Shown: piece by piece, positions 1-14,100 of the stretch
Position numbering within the stretch: the first letter of the stretch is position 1
Layout: every line of letters begins with the position of its first letter
Translations under genes and position numbers: made by a program
Notes under the pieces: generated by a model
What the model saw: the letters and a program-made list of their open reading frames with translations, nothing else
Told to the model about the DNA's origin: nothing
Databases searched by the model: none
Origin: Cyanobacteriota bacterium
Lineage (GTDB): Bacteria > Cyanobacteriota > Cyanobacteriia > PCC-6307 > Cyanobiaceae
Reading direction: 5' to 3'
DNA length: 64,000 nt
Assembly: GCA_046052125.1 (NCBI GenBank)
Contig: JBJOMY010000004.1
Location: 32,001 to 96,000, forward strand

Positions 1-4046
<4,046 letters not shown>

Positions 4047-4050
<4 letters not shown>

Positions 4051-5336
4051 GTGGCGTCGCGCTGCGGATCGAAGGCGCCGCGGGCTTCCCGCTCGCCCCA
4101 CGGCGCGATCTGAGCCAGCAGCAGGAAGGCAGGTAGCGCCGCCACCACACTGAACAGAAAGAAGCCCGGCCAGCCGGCCCGCTCGGCCACCACCCCGGCC
4201 GGTGCAGCCAGGATCGAGCGGCTCAGGGCATAGATGCCGGAGAGGAGGGCGTATTGGGTGGCAGAGAAACGCGGGTTGCAGAGGCTCATCAGCAACGCCA
4301 CGAACACCGCGCCCACCATGCCGCCGCTGATGTTCTCCAGGCTCACCGCCGTGATCAGCCCGGGCACCCCGCCGCCGAAGCGGGCCAGGGCCCAGTAGCT
4401 GAGGTTGCCGATCACACCGGTGATCGCAAACAGCCAGAGCGAACGGTTCATGCCCAGCCAGGCGAACAACGTGCCGCCGATCACGGTGCCAAGCATCGTG
4501 GCGCCAATCGCCCAGCCCCCCTGCACCAGGCCGATATCGGCCTCGCTGAAGCCCTGGAGCTTCAGAAAGGGTATGGCCATGGCATTGAGCAGGCCATCGG
4601 GCCAGCGGTAGAGCAACACCAGCAGCAGCAGCTGCCAGGTGCGATTCGGCCCGGCCCGATGCAGAAACTCCCGCGCTGGCCCGAGCACCGCTTGGCGCAG
4701 GCTGGTGACGGCGTGCTCCACCGGTTGCAGCCGCGGTGCGCTGAGGGTGAAGGGCAGCATCGCCGCCACCAGGGCAGCAGCGCTCAGGAAGGCCGCCGGC
4801 CAGCCGAAGCGATCGGCTAATAGAAAGCCGCCGGCGCCGATGGCGAGCATCGCGGCGCGGTAACCCAGCGCTGCGGCGGCTGCACCGGGGCCGCGTTCGG
4901 CCTCCGGCAGCAGATCGGTGCGATAGGCATCCACGGCGATGTCCTGGGTGGCGCTGCACACCGCCAGTACCAGGGCAGCCACGCCGATGGCAGTGAGATG
5001 GGCGGGATCGCTGCTCGGCCGCAGCAGCGCCATGGCCGCGATCACCGCCACAAGCAGCAGTTGCATCAGCAACAGCCAGCCGCGGCGCCGGTCGGGCCAG
5101 GGGATCGGCCAGCGATCCAGCAACGGCGCCCAGAACAACTTGAGCGTGTAGGGCAGCTCCGCCAGGGGGATCAGCCCGATCAGGGCGAGGGGTACACCGC
5201 TGGCCGTGAGCCAGCCCTGCAGCAGCCGACTGCCCACCATCAACGGGGCGCCACTGGCCACCCCTTCGGCCGTGACCGCCACCAGGCGCCGCAGGGTGCC
5301 GCTGGGGCGGGAAAGCCCTGGATCCGAGGCGGCCAT
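4047..5336 (-). CDS. ampG: AmpG-like muropeptide MFS permease
   Basis: [35 protein letters not shown]; multiple TM helices; start set at ATG of MAASDPG (longer track ORF overlaps other genes). Confidence 0.85.
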
Positions 5337-5411
5337 GCTGCGCGGTGGGAGCTGGCGGAACCCTAGGTGTGGCTTCCGATGGGGAGAATGGATGGACACC
5401 GGCTGTGACCC

Positions 5412-5537
5412 GTGCAGTTTTTTCGCTCCACCCTGTTGCCGGCCCTGATCGTGTTGCTGTTCGGCCTGGCTCTGTTTGCCGTGAGTGCCCGCATCTGGCT
5501 GCCGGGCGATATGTCCGCTCCGGCCCCGATTAGCTGA
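5412..5537 (+). CDS. Small single-TM protein, 41 aa (not in ORF track)
   Basis: GTG..TGA: MQFFRSTLLPALIVLLFGLALFAVSARIWLPGDMSAPAPIS; GC3-biased codons; fills gap before HEAT gene. Confidence 0.7.
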   Translation: MQFFRSTLLPALIVLLFGLALFAVSARIWLPGDMSAPAPIS

Positions 5538-5574
5538 ATGAGCCGGTTTGGCTCGGGCCCCTACGATCCCCGGC

Positions 5575-6375
5575 ATGACAGGCCCGTATCCCGAGTATTC
5601 CCAGAGTCCGGCTGAACTGTCGCTGGACCCGGAAATGCTGGCGCGCGAGCTGGCCGAGGAGCTCTTGGGCGACCCGCTCGATGAGCTGGATGATCCCGCC
5701 GCTGGCCTGGCGGACGTGGCGGCTGAGTGCGACCTGGGCCTGGAGCTGCTCAAGGGCAGTCACGACGACTGCATGCAGGGGTTGCGCATCTTCTGTGAGC
5801 ACCGCGACCCCCGCGCCCCGGCGCTGTTGGTGCCGTTGCTCGAGGCGAGCTGCCCGATCCTGCGGATGAGCGCCGTGTATGCCCTCGGTCGCAACCCCGA
5901 CCTCCAGGCCGTGAGCCCGCTGCTGGCGCTGCTTCAGAACGACAGCAACGGCTACGTGCGTAAAGCCGTGGCCTGGAGCCTCAGTAGCTATCCGGATGCG
6001 CCGGTGATGAATCCGCTGATCCGTGCGTTGCAAACGGATGTGGCCGCGGTGAGGCTCTGGGCGGCCAGCTCCCTTGCGGATGCGGGATCCACTGGCCTGG
6101 CCAAAGCCGATCAAGCCGCCGGGCAGCTTCTGCAAGCCCTGCGCATCGACAGCGAGGCCGCGGTGCGCAGCAACAGTGCCTGGTCGCTCGGTCGGCTCTA
6201 CGCCGATCTGGTGGAACCCCGCCAGCAAGAGGTGGTGGAGTCGCTGTTGGGCGCAATGCTCCACGACATGGACCTGGCGGTGCGCGATGAAGCACGTCTG
6301 GCCCTCGAGCAGCTGGAAGACCCCCTGGTGCTCGAGCGCCTGCAGACGCTGGTGGACGAAGGGCTGTTGAGTTGA
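5575..6375 (+). CDS. HEAT-repeat (PBS lyase-like) protein
   Basis: Repeated VRxxAxWxLG units (YVRKAVAWSL, AVRLWAASSL, AVRSNSAWSLG). Confidence 0.85.
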   Translation: MTGPYPEYSQSPAELSLDPEMLARELAEELLGDPLDELDDPAAGLADVAAECDLGLELLKGSHDDCMQGLRIFCEHRDPRAPALLVPLLEASCPILRMSAVYALGRNPDLQAVSPLLALLQNDSNGYVRKAVAWSLSSYPDAPVMNPLIRALQTDVAAVRLWAASSLADAGSTGLAKADQAAGQLLQALRIDSEAAVRSNSAWSLGRLYADLVEPRQQEVVESLLGAMLHDMDLAVRDEARLALEQLEDPLVLERLQTLVDEGLLS

Positions 6376-6394
6376 ACCAGGCTGTTGAGTTGAA
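6362..6394. repeat. 15-bp direct repeat spanning the HEAT gene stop codon
   Basis: GGCTGTTGAGTTGAA at 6362-6376 and 6380-6394. Confidence 0.8.
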
Positions 6395-6460
6395 GTAGGC
6401 GCTGCCCTCCAGCTTTCGTGCAACGCGGCTAGCATCCCCAAACCCACGCCCCTGCCCGGG

Positions 6461-6673
6461 ATGGCTCAACACACCATCCGCTTTCGGATTCGGCCTGATG
6501 GCCGGGTTGAAGAGCTGGTGGAAGGCATCGCGGGCAGCGGCTGCGAACAGCTCACCGAGCGCATCGAGGCCAAGCTTGGCAGCGTGCAGCAGCGCCAGGC
6601 CACCTCGGAGGCCTTCCAGGCTTCCGGTGCCGCGGTGACGCCTGAGCAGACCCTTTCCACTCCGGTCACCTGA
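6461..6673 (+). CDS. DUF2997-family small protein
   Basis: IRFRIRPDGRVEELVEGIAGSGCEQLTERIE pattern; upstream of Ycf35-like gene. Confidence 0.8.
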   Translation: MAQHTIRFRIRPDGRVEELVEGIAGSGCEQLTERIEAKLGSVQQRQATSEAFQASGAAVTPEQTLSTPVT

Positions 6674-7062
6674 TGTCGCACTTCAGCACCGTTAAAACGG
6701 AACTGCGCGATCGCGCCGCCCTGATCGAAGCGCTGCGTGATCTCGGCCATGACCCCAGCGAGGGGGAGCGCCCGGTGCGCGGCTATCGCGGCCAGACCGT
6801 TCAGGCCGACCTGGCCGTGCTCGGCGAGCAGGGCGGTGACATCGGCTTCCGCTGGAGCGAAGCCACCGGCAGCTATGAGCTGGTGACCGACCTCGACCTC
6901 TGGCGTCAGCCCATCCCGGTGGAGCGTTTCCTGGCCAAGCTCACCCAGCGCTATGCCCTGCGTAGCATTCTGGCGGCCTCCAGCGCTGAAGGCTTCCAGG
7001 TGAGCGAGCAGTCGCAAGCTGCCGATGGCTCGATCGAACTGGTGGTCACCCGCTGGGAGTGA
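6673..7062 (+). CDS. ycf35: Ycf35/DUF1257-family protein
   Basis: MSHFSTVKTELRD, YELVTDLDLW, LTQRYA; TGATG overlap with upstream gene. Confidence 0.85.
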   Translation: MSHFSTVKTELRDRAALIEALRDLGHDPSEGERPVRGYRGQTVQADLAVLGEQGGDIGFRWSEATGSYELVTDLDLWRQPIPVERFLAKLTQRYALRSILAASSAEGFQVSEQSQAADGSIELVVTRWE

Positions 7063-7451
7063 GCGTCGATCCGGCGGTTGCCTTTGCGGCCGCAGCTGCA
7101 CCAGCCGAACTCGCCTCAGGCCGTGAGCCTGTTCTCGGTGGTGTGCTGCGGCAGAAAGCGGTTTGGGTGGATGAGGCGGTGTGCATCGGCTGCCGCTACT
7201 GCACCCATGTGGCCGCCAACACCTTTTTAGTGGAAGAAGACTGGGGCCGCTCCCGCGCCATTCGCCAGGACGGCGACAGCACCGAGCGGATCCAGGAAGC
7301 GATCGATACCTGTCCCGTTGATTGCATCCACTGGGTGAGCTACGAGGAACTGCCGGCCCTCGAGGAGCAGACCCGCACCCAGGAATTGCAGCCCCTGGGC
7401 CTCCCCACCCCATCGCGGCCGCGGCGCACCCTGCCCCGCGCCCACGCCTGA
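7059..7451 (+). CDS. Bacterial-type (3Fe/4Fe-4S) ferredoxin
   Basis: CIGCRYC...AIDTCPVDCIHW. Confidence 0.88.
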   Translation: MSVDPAVAFAAAAAPAELASGREPVLGGVLRQKAVWVDEAVCIGCRYCTHVAANTFLVEEDWGRSRAIRQDGDSTERIQEAIDTCPVDCIHWVSYEELPALEEQTRTQELQPLGLPTPSRPRRTLPRAHA

Positions 7452-8647
7452 TGCTTCCGGTTCGTCGCTTCGGCCGCACGGATCTGCCGATGCCTGTGCT
7501 CTCCCTCGGCGGGATGCGCTTTCAGCAGAGCTGGAGCGATCTGCCCGCCGATCGGATCAGCGCCGAGAGCCAGGCCAATCTGCGCGCCACCCTGGAGCAC
7601 GCGGTGGATAGCGGCTTCCACCACGTGGAAACGGCGCGCTACTACGGCAGCTCAGAGCGCCAGCTGGGTTCCTTGCTGCCGCTGGTGTCTGATCCCAAGA
7701 GGATCCTGCAAACCAAGGTGCCGCCCCAGGCGGACAGCGCTGCGTTTGAAGCAGAGCTGCGCCTGAGCTTCGAGCGGCTGGCGGTGCCGCGCATTGACCT
7801 GTTGGCGATCCACGGCCTGAACCTGCCGGAGCACCTGGAGCAGACCCTCCGTCCAGGCGGCTGCCTGGAGGTGGTGCGCCGCTGGCAGGCCGAGGGCCGG
7901 GTGGGATCGGTGGGCTTCTCCACCCATGCCCCCCTGCCGCTGATCCTCGAGGCGATCGCCAGCGACGCCTTCGATTACATCAACCTGCACTGGTATTTCA
8001 TCCGTCAGGACAACCGCCCCGCCATCGACGCAGCCCTGGATCACGACATGGGTGTGTTCGTGATCAGCCCCACCGATAAGGGCGGCCACCTGCACACCCC
8101 ATCGGAGCGCCTGCTGGAGCTCTGCGCGCCCCTGCATCCGATCGTGTTCAACGATCTCTTCTGCCTCAGCGCTCCTGGGATCCACACGATCAGCGTGGGC
8201 GCAGCCCGGCCCAGCGATCTCGAGTTGCACCTGGAAGCGGTGCGGCTGCTCCCCCAGGCGGCTGAGCTGGTGCCGCCGATCGTGGCCCGCCTGGAGCAGG
8301 CGCGGCTGGAGGCACTCGGGGCCGATTGGCTGAGCAGCTGGCAGCAGGGGCTGCCCGCCTGGCAGGACACCCCCGGCGAGCTCAACTTGCCCACCCTGCT
8401 GTGGCTGCACAACCTCGTGAAGGCCTGGGGGCTGGAGGGCTATGCCCGCGCCCGCTACGGCCTGCTCGGCGCCGGCAGCCATTGGTTCCCCGGGGCCAAT
8501 GCAGACGCTCTGGATCAGAGCGTGAGCGAGGCGCAGTTGCTCGAGGCCCTGGCCGAGAGCCCCTGGGCTGCGCAGATTCCAGGCCTGCTGCGCCGGCTGC
8601 GGGAGCGGGTGGGGGGCACGGCTAGCCAGCGACTGATGGACAACTGA
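7451..8647 (+). CDS. Aldo/keto reductase-family oxidoreductase
   Basis: RRFGRT..LSLGGMR, HVETARYYGSSE, GFSTH; ATG overlaps ferredoxin stop. Confidence 0.88.
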   Translation: MLPVRRFGRTDLPMPVLSLGGMRFQQSWSDLPADRISAESQANLRATLEHAVDSGFHHVETARYYGSSERQLGSLLPLVSDPKRILQTKVPPQADSAAFEAELRLSFERLAVPRIDLLAIHGLNLPEHLEQTLRPGGCLEVVRRWQAEGRVGSVGFSTHAPLPLILEAIASDAFDYINLHWYFIRQDNRPAIDAALDHDMGVFVISPTDKGGHLHTPSERLLELCAPLHPIVFNDLFCLSAPGIHTISVGAARPSDLELHLEAVRLLPQAAELVPPIVARLEQARLEALGADWLSSWQQGLPAWQDTPGELNLPTLLWLHNLVKAWGLEGYARARYGLLGAGSHWFPGANADALDQSVSEAQLLEALAESPWAAQIPGLLRRLRERVGGTASQRLMDN

Positions 8648-8653
8648 GGCGCT

Positions 8654-9400
8654 TCAGCCGCCGCCGCTCTGGCCGAGGGGAAATTTGCTGGGCATGCCCA
8701 CCGCGCGGGGGTAGGTCTTCGGGCAGGGGGCGCTGGCGGTGACCACCAGGGCGGTGCGCTGGCCGCGGCCGGCGGGCAGCTCCCGTTGCTCGCAGCTGCG
8801 GATCTCCGCCTTGAGCAAGTGCAGGGCTCGCTCCAGCTCGCGCTGATCCGTGTCGCCCCACTGGCCGCGGTAGAGCAGGGCCTGGCCGTCGGGCTTCAGC
8901 AGTGGCACCAGGTATTCCGCCACCACCGGCGCCCCGGCCACGGCCCGGGCCATCGCCAGATCGAACTGGCCGCGGCAGTGGCGGTGACGGCCGGTGAGCT
9001 CCACCCGCTCGCAGCGCAGCTGCACCCGCTCCTGGAGTCCCAGGCTTGCCGCCATCGCCTCAACGGCCTGGGTCTTACGGCCCACCGAATCCACCAGGGT
9101 GAGCTGGGCCTGTGGCAGGGCGATCGCCACGGCCAGGCCGGGGAAGCCGCCCCCTGTACCCACATCGATGCACTGCAGTGGCGCCTCGGCCTGGCTGTTC
9201 AGCAGCCCGCGCAGGGGCCAGAGGCTGTCGAACACCTGGGCGATCCAGAAGTCATCGCCCTCCACTAGCCGGGTGAGGTTCACCTTGCTGTTCCAGCTGC
9301 GCAGCTCTATTTGCAGCTGCAGCAGCTGGTCGAGCTGCGCTGGGCTCGGCTGCCAGCCCAGCTCCTGCCAAAGGGCGGTGTCGGGTGTGGCAGCGGGCAT
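8654..9400 (-). CDS. rsmG: 16S rRNA m7G527 methyltransferase
   Basis: [32 protein letters not shown]; start approximate. Confidence 0.95.
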   Translation of the reverse strand: MPAATPDTALWQELGWQPSPAQLDQLLQLQIELRSWNSKVNLTRLVEGDDFWIAQVFDSLWPLRGLLNSQAEAPLQCIDVGTGGGFPGLAVAIALPQAQLTLVDSVGRKTQAVEAMAASLGLQERVQLRCERVELTGRHRHCRGQFDLAMARAVAGAPVVAEYLVPLLKPDGQALLYRGQWGDTDQRELERALHLLKAEIRSCEQRELPAGRGQRTALVVTASAPCPKTYPRAVGMPSKFPLGQSGGG

Positions 9401-9458
9401 CCCCTCGGACGGCATTGACTCCTGATCTCTAGGATCCCCCACACACGGTGCCTCACTG

Positions 9459-9977
9459 GTGGCAGCTGCCAACCACTACGAGCTGCTGGAGATCGCCACC
9501 GATGCCTCCCAGCAGGAGCTCCGCCAGGCCTTCCGGCGGCTGAGCAAGCACTACCACCCGGATACCACCGCCCTGCCGGCAGCCCAGGCCGAAGAGGGCT
9601 TCCGGCAACTGCAGCTGGCCTATCTCACCCTCAGTGACCCTGAGCGGCGCCGCGCCTACGACAGCAGCCTCAAGGTGGCGGCGCCGCTGGCACCCTCCGC
9701 GCCGCAGTGGCGGGTGTCGGCCCCGAAACCTGCACCGGTGCGGCGGGCCCTCTCCGGTGGGGAGTGGTTTGCGCTGTTGCTGCTCGGCGTGGCCGTGGTG
9801 TTCAGCTTGGTGCTCGGCGTGGGGTTGGCCTGGGCCCGTGGCACCGAGTTGTTGCGCGAGCCGAGCTGGTGGGCCGGCAGCGAGCAGACTGCGGGCTCGT
9901 CGCCCTCCCCTGCTGCGGATGTCGTCCCTGCCGTCGCCCCAGGCGCCGCTGTACAGCCATCCGCTCCCGGCGCTTGA
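9459..9977 (+). CDS. J-domain membrane protein
   Basis: NHYELL...HPD motif, one TM helix. Confidence 0.88.
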   Translation: MAAANHYELLEIATDASQQELRQAFRRLSKHYHPDTTALPAAQAEEGFRQLQLAYLTLSDPERRRAYDSSLKVAAPLAPSAPQWRVSAPKPAPVRRALSGGEWFALLLLGVAVVFSLVLGVGLAWARGTELLREPSWWAGSEQTAGSSPSPAADVVPAVAPGAAVQPSAPGA

Positions 9978-10185
9978 GCAGTGGCTCAGGGAGTTGGGGG
10001 CCGTGCAGCAAGGTCCCCACTCCTGCCTGTGGAATCTGGAGCTGGCCAGCTGGAGCGCCCAGATTGAGCTGGAGGTGGAGGAGCTGAGCGTGCGCTGGCA
10101 TACGGGCGAGGCTCCCGTAGAGCGCCACTTCCCCTATGGCTTCAGCCGCGCTGATGTGGAAGCGGCGATCCTGGCCGGTCCCTGA
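9919..10185 (+). CDS. DUF3143-like conserved cyanobacterial protein
   Basis: [18 protein letters not shown]...FPYGFSRADVEAAILAGP; ATG at 9919 overlaps J-domain gene end. Confidence 0.8.
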   Translation: MSSLPSPQAPLYSHPLPALEQWLRELGAVQQGPHSCLWNLELASWSAQIELEVEELSVRWHTGEAPVERHFPYGFSRADVEAAILAGP

Positions 10186-10220
10186 GCGTTCGCCTGACAG
10201 AGCGGCGTTCTCTCGTCAGC

Positions 10221-10538
10221 ATGGGTGAACGATTGAGCCGCCCCATGGACAGCTCCTCACCCAGCACCGCCCATCGACATCTCCAGGTGTCGAATCGCTT
10301 TCTGCAGCCGGAGCAGCTGGCGTCTCCCCGGGCAGGCCGTGCCTGGAGCCCCACCGAAGTGTTCGCCGAGGGGCAGTGGCAAAGCGTGCGCGTGCATCTG
10401 GAGGCTCGGGGCTGGAATGCGCTCCAGATCGAGCAGATCCACGATCAACTGCGCCAGGGCTGGCCGCTAGCTCTGGCGGAGAACAACGTGGCGGTGATCA
10501 GCGGCCACTGCCCGATCAAGGCACGCCGGATCCACTGA
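10221..10538 (+). CDS. Hypothetical protein
   Basis: 105-aa ORF filling the gap; plausible codon usage; no family recognised. Confidence 0.55.
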   Translation: MGERLSRPMDSSSPSTAHRHLQVSNRFLQPEQLASPRAGRAWSPTEVFAEGQWQSVRVHLEARGWNALQIEQIHDQLRQGWPLALAENNVAVISGHCPIKARRIH

Positions 10539-10551
10539 TGCTCGTTTGAGC

Positions 10552-10716
10552 TCAGAGCTTGCGCTTGCACACTTCGCTTCGGTCTTCACCCTGGGTGGAG
10601 AAGGGGCCGCAGCTGAACCAGCGCACCATCGACACCTCAACGTCGGTGAACAGCACCAGGATTCCGGCGCATAGGGCCGCAACGGCGGCGCTGATCGCAA
10701 CGTGTGAGCCTTTCAT
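10552..10716 (-). CDS. Small membrane/exported protein, 54 aa (not in ORF track)
   Basis: Own translation MKGSHVAISAAVAALCAGILVLFTDVEVSMVRWFSCGPFSTQGEDRSEVCKRKL; 13 nt after bioD stop. Confidence 0.65.
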   Translation of the reverse strand: MKGSHVAISAAVAALCAGILVLFTDVEVSMVRWFSCGPFSTQGEDRSEVCKRKL

Positions 10717-10729
10717 GCACCGGGGCGCT

Positions 10730-11383
10730 TCATGCCTGGAGCTTATGGGAGAGCTCCAGTTGCTGCCATTGCTCCGCCAGGCTGGCGCTGTTGATCGCCT
10801 CCAGGGGAGGCAGGCAGCCGAGGATCGGCGCCCCCGCCAGCTGCTCGAGCGTGGTGAGGTTGTTGGCGTGGGGGGGGCCGTTCAACAGTACCCCGAGCAC
10901 AGGGATCCTGCGCTGCCGCAGCGCTTCCAGCGACAACAGCGTGTGGTTGAGGGTGCCCAGGCCACTGCGGGCCACCAGCAACACGGGCAGCTGCCAGCGC
11001 TGTAATTGCTCGATCTGGAGCAGATCCAGCCGCAGGGGCACCAGGAGGCCGCCGGCGGTTTCCACCACCAGCGCCCCTGGATGGGCCGGCAGCTGGAGCC
11101 GTTGCGGATCAATCGGCGCTCCCGGATGGAGCGGATCACCCCCCTCGAGGGCGCTGGCCCAGTGGGGCGACATCGGTGCCTCCAGCCGGTAGGCCTCCGG
11201 GATGATCCGCTCGCCCGGCAGGTCCAGCCAGCGCTGCACGCGGTCGCGGTCGCCCTCGCCGTTCTCCAGGCCGCACTGCACCGGTTTCCAGTAGTGCGCC
11301 CTGAGCCCCTGCACCAACAGGGCGCTCACCACGGTCTTGCCCACATCGGTGTCGGTGCCGCACACCACTAGGCGGTTGGTCAT
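10730..11383 (-). CDS. bioD: Dethiobiotin synthase
   Basis: GTDTDVGKT, KPVQ, ETAGG, LGTLNHTLLS. Confidence 0.97.
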   Translation of the reverse strand: MTNRLVVCGTDTDVGKTVVSALLVQGLRAHYWKPVQCGLENGEGDRDRVQRWLDLPGERIIPEAYRLEAPMSPHWASALEGGDPLHPGAPIDPQRLQLPAHPGALVVETAGGLLVPLRLDLLQIEQLQRWQLPVLLVARSGLGTLNHTLLSLEALRQRRIPVLGVLLNGPPHANNLTTLEQLAGAPILGCLPPLEAINSASLAEQWQQLELSHKLQA

Positions 11384-12156
11384 CGCTTGCGTCCGATCAG
11401 CACGAGCACGTGCCACACGATGGCTTGCTCAGGCCCCGGCCAGTGGCGGATCAGCCGTCGCATCTCGCCGGCCTGCAGACGCGGCGCGCGGCTGGCGTGG
11501 GCTCCGATCCCCTTGATCTGTTGCAGGAAGGCCAACGCCCCGGGGTTGGCGCGGCTGAAACGCAACTGCCGGCAATGCAGCAGGTCAAGCGATTGCTCGG
11601 CTTGCTGGATCAGCTCCTCCGCCTCGGGCAGGGCCAGGGCCGTGCAGGGCACGTTGGCGTTCTTCGCGCTCTGATGCCACAGCGCGAAGCTGCCCTGGCA
11701 GGGCACCGCCAGCAGCAGTGCACCGCCGGGGCTGAGGGCGCCACACCACTGGCCTAGTTGCGCCGTGGGCTGCTCCAGCCACTGCAAGGCAAAGCTGGAG
11801 GCCAGGAGCGCCGCCGCTTGGAGCTCCTGCGGCAGCCCCTGGTTGAGATCCCAGCGCAGCCTTGGCGGAGGCGTTTGGCGCGGGGTCTCCTGGGAGAGCA
11901 GGGCCTCGCAGGCATCCACTCGTAGCAGTGGCGGACCACTGATCTGGGCTTCGATCGCGCTGGCCAACAGGCCGGTGCCGGCTCCCAGATCCGCCCGGGG
12001 GCCGGCTGGTAGGTCGGTGGCGAGCAGGGCCTGGCTGAGGTGGCCGAGCCGTTGGGCCACGGCGGCCTGAAGCGTGGCGCCGCGCTCGTAAGCCGCGGCG
12101 CCGCTGCGGAAACAGCGCTCCACGCTGTCGCTAAAGCGCGGCTCAGGCCTGGCCAT
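11380..12156 (-). CDS. bioC: Malonyl-ACP O-methyltransferase BioC-like
   Basis: AYERGATLQ, DLGAGTG, SSFALQW; within bio cluster. Confidence 0.85.
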   Translation of the reverse strand: MARPEPRFSDSVERCFRSGAAAYERGATLQAAVAQRLGHLSQALLATDLPAGPRADLGAGTGLLASAIEAQISGPPLLRVDACEALLSQETPRQTPPPRLRWDLNQGLPQELQAAALLASSFALQWLEQPTAQLGQWCGALSPGGALLLAVPCQGSFALWHQSAKNANVPCTALALPEAEELIQQAEQSLDLLHCRQLRFSRANPGALAFLQQIKGIGAHASRAPRLQAGEMRRLIRHWPGPEQAIVWHVLVLIGRKR

Positions 12157-12847
12157 CAGCGATCCAGGCCAGCACCCGCGCCGGTAGGTCGGCGTTGAGC
12201 AGGCAGTGTCCTGCCCGCTCGAGCGTCCACACCTCCGCACCGGGCAGGGCGTTCCGCAGGGCGGCGCGGCTGCTCGGGTGCACGATCTGATCATCGGCCG
12301 CCTCCACGATCAGCAGCCGCGCCGCCTGCGGGAAGCCTTCTGGCAGGCCTGAGGTCTGCCCCAGCTGCACCAGATCCTGTTGCAGCCGCTCGAGCCCGGG
12401 GCCGTCGATGCCCTGCTCCAGAGGACCTGGCGGTAAGGCCGAGGGCGGGTAGGGGGCGGCGGCTTGGCGAAAGAAGTCCCGCAGCATCGCGGTGGTCTCT
12501 CCAGCGCTGAGTCGTTGCTCCATCGCCCGCAGCGCGACGCGCAAGCTCCGGCCTTCCCTGCCCTCGGGCACAAAAGCCGCGAAGCTCGCTAGCAGCACCA
12601 CGCAGCTAGCTTGAGCCCAGAGCGCGGCAGGGATCAGGTGCGGCCCCATGGAATGGCCGATCACCACCCGCTGCTCGGCTCGATCTGGCCAGGTGGGTTG
12701 GTGGGGTGGCAGCTTGCCGTAGCCGCGCTCGGCGGCGCTGAAGCTCCAGCTGCGGGCTAGGGCCTGCTCAGCCCACGGCTGCCAGGCGCGGCTGTCGCCC
12801 GCCCAGCCGTGCACGGCGATCAGGTGGGTGTGGGTTGGTGAGCTCAT
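12143..12847 (-). CDS. Pimeloyl-ACP methyl ester esterase (BioH/BioK-type alpha/beta hydrolase)
   Basis: HGW, GHSMG nucleophile elbow, DQIV and GH; between bioF and bioC. Confidence 0.8.
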   Translation of the reverse strand: MSSPTHTHLIAVHGWAGDSRAWQPWAEQALARSWSFSAAERGYGKLPPHQPTWPDRAEQRVVIGHSMGPHLIPAALWAQASCVVLLASFAAFVPEGREGRSLRVALRAMEQRLSAGETTAMLRDFFRQAAAPYPPSALPPGPLEQGIDGPGLERLQQDLVQLGQTSGLPEGFPQAARLLIVEAADDQIVHPSSRAALRNALPGAEVWTLERAGHCLLNADLPARVLAWIADGQA

Positions 12848-14034
12848 GGCGCTCCCAGGGCGCTGAGCAACGCGTTGAGGCTGCCCGCGGGCAGATCGTG
12901 GCGGAGCACCAGCCTGAGCCGTGCACAGCCCTCGGGCACGGTGGGCGGCCGGATCGCCACGCTCAGCAGGCCGGCCTGCTCGAGCTGCTGTTGCAGCGCC
13001 AGGGCACGGCCGTCGTCGCCCACCAACAGCGGCAGGATCGGCCCGTAGCCGGGTGGACGCGGCCAGCCGGCCTGCTCCAGCTGGTCGCGCCAGCGCTCAG
13101 CGCGCTGCAAGAGTTGCGCGCCACGTTCGGGTTGCTCTTGGATCTGCGCCAGAGCAGCCAGGGCCGCCGCCGCCAGGGGCGGAGCCAGCGCTGTGGTGTA
13201 GCGGTAGGGGCCGGAATGCTGCAGCAGCCATTCCCCCACCAGGGCATCCGCGGCCAGAAAAGCCCCGCCACTGCCGAAGGCCTTGCCGAAGGTGCCACTG
13301 ATCAGGCTCACCTCGTTCAAGCCATGGCCCAGGCCGCGGCCACGGGGCCCAAGCACCCCCAGGGCGTGGGCTTCATCGAGCAGCAGGGCCGCGTTGTGTC
13401 TCTGGCAGAGCGCGCTGAGCGCGGGCAGATCCGGTGAGGTGCCCTCCATCGAGAACAGGCTTTCGCTGATCACCAGTAGCCGCTGCGCAGGGCGATCCCG
13501 GCGTGCCTGCTGCAGCCGCTCCTCCAGGTCGGCGAGGTTGTTGTGGGCAAAGCGTTGCAGCCCGGCGCCGCTGGCACGCACGCCCACCAGCAAGGAGTGG
13601 TGAATCAGCCGGTCGGCCAGCACCAGGGTGTGGCGATCCGCCAGGGCCTGCACCGCCGCCAGGTTGGCCTGAAAGCCACTGGGAAACAGCAGCACCCGTT
13701 CGCGCCCGAGCCAGGCCGCCAGCTCCGCCTCCAGCTCGGCATGCACAGCCCGGCTGCCGCTCACCAAGCGCGAGGCCCCTGCCCCCACTCCTTCGCGGGC
13801 CATGCACTGGTTCGCGGCCTCCACGAGGGCCGGGTGGCAGGCCAGGCCGAGGTAATCGTTGCTCGCCAGATCCAGCAGGGGCCGGCTTCCGTTGGCTGTG
13901 CTCTGCAAGCCGGCCGCGGCGGTGGGTTGCCAGCTGCGCAGCTCGCGCCGCCGCTCGGGCGGGAGTGCTTCGAGTGCCTTCGCCAGAGGAGCACTCCAGG
14001 AAGCTTCTGAGCCGGGGGCGTGCGCCTTAACCAA
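12844..14034 (-). CDS. bioF: 8-amino-7-oxononanoate synthase
   Basis: LASNDYLGL, ESLFSMEG, DEAHA, TFGKAFG, AIRPPTVP; start uncertain. Confidence 0.96.
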   Translation of the reverse strand: MVKAHAPGSEASWSAPLAKALEALPPERRRELRSWQPTAAAGLQSTANGSRPLLDLASNDYLGLACHPALVEAANQCMAREGVGAGASRLVSGSRAVHAELEAELAAWLGRERVLLFPSGFQANLAAVQALADRHTLVLADRLIHHSLLVGVRASGAGLQRFAHNNLADLEERLQQARRDRPAQRLLVISESLFSMEGTSPDLPALSALCQRHNAALLLDEAHALGVLGPRGRGLGHGLNEVSLISGTFGKAFGSGGAFLAADALVGEWLLQHSGPYRYTTALAPPLAAAALAALAQIQEQPERGAQLLQRAERWRDQLEQAGWPRPPGYGPILPLLVGDDGRALALQQQLEQAGLLSVAIRPPTVPEGCARLRLVLRHDLPAGSLNALLSALGAP

Positions 14035-14100
14035 GCCCGCTGCTGCGCGGTGGAGATCGTCTCAGTCTGCCCGCTGGTTGATTGCCCATAGGATCTGCTA

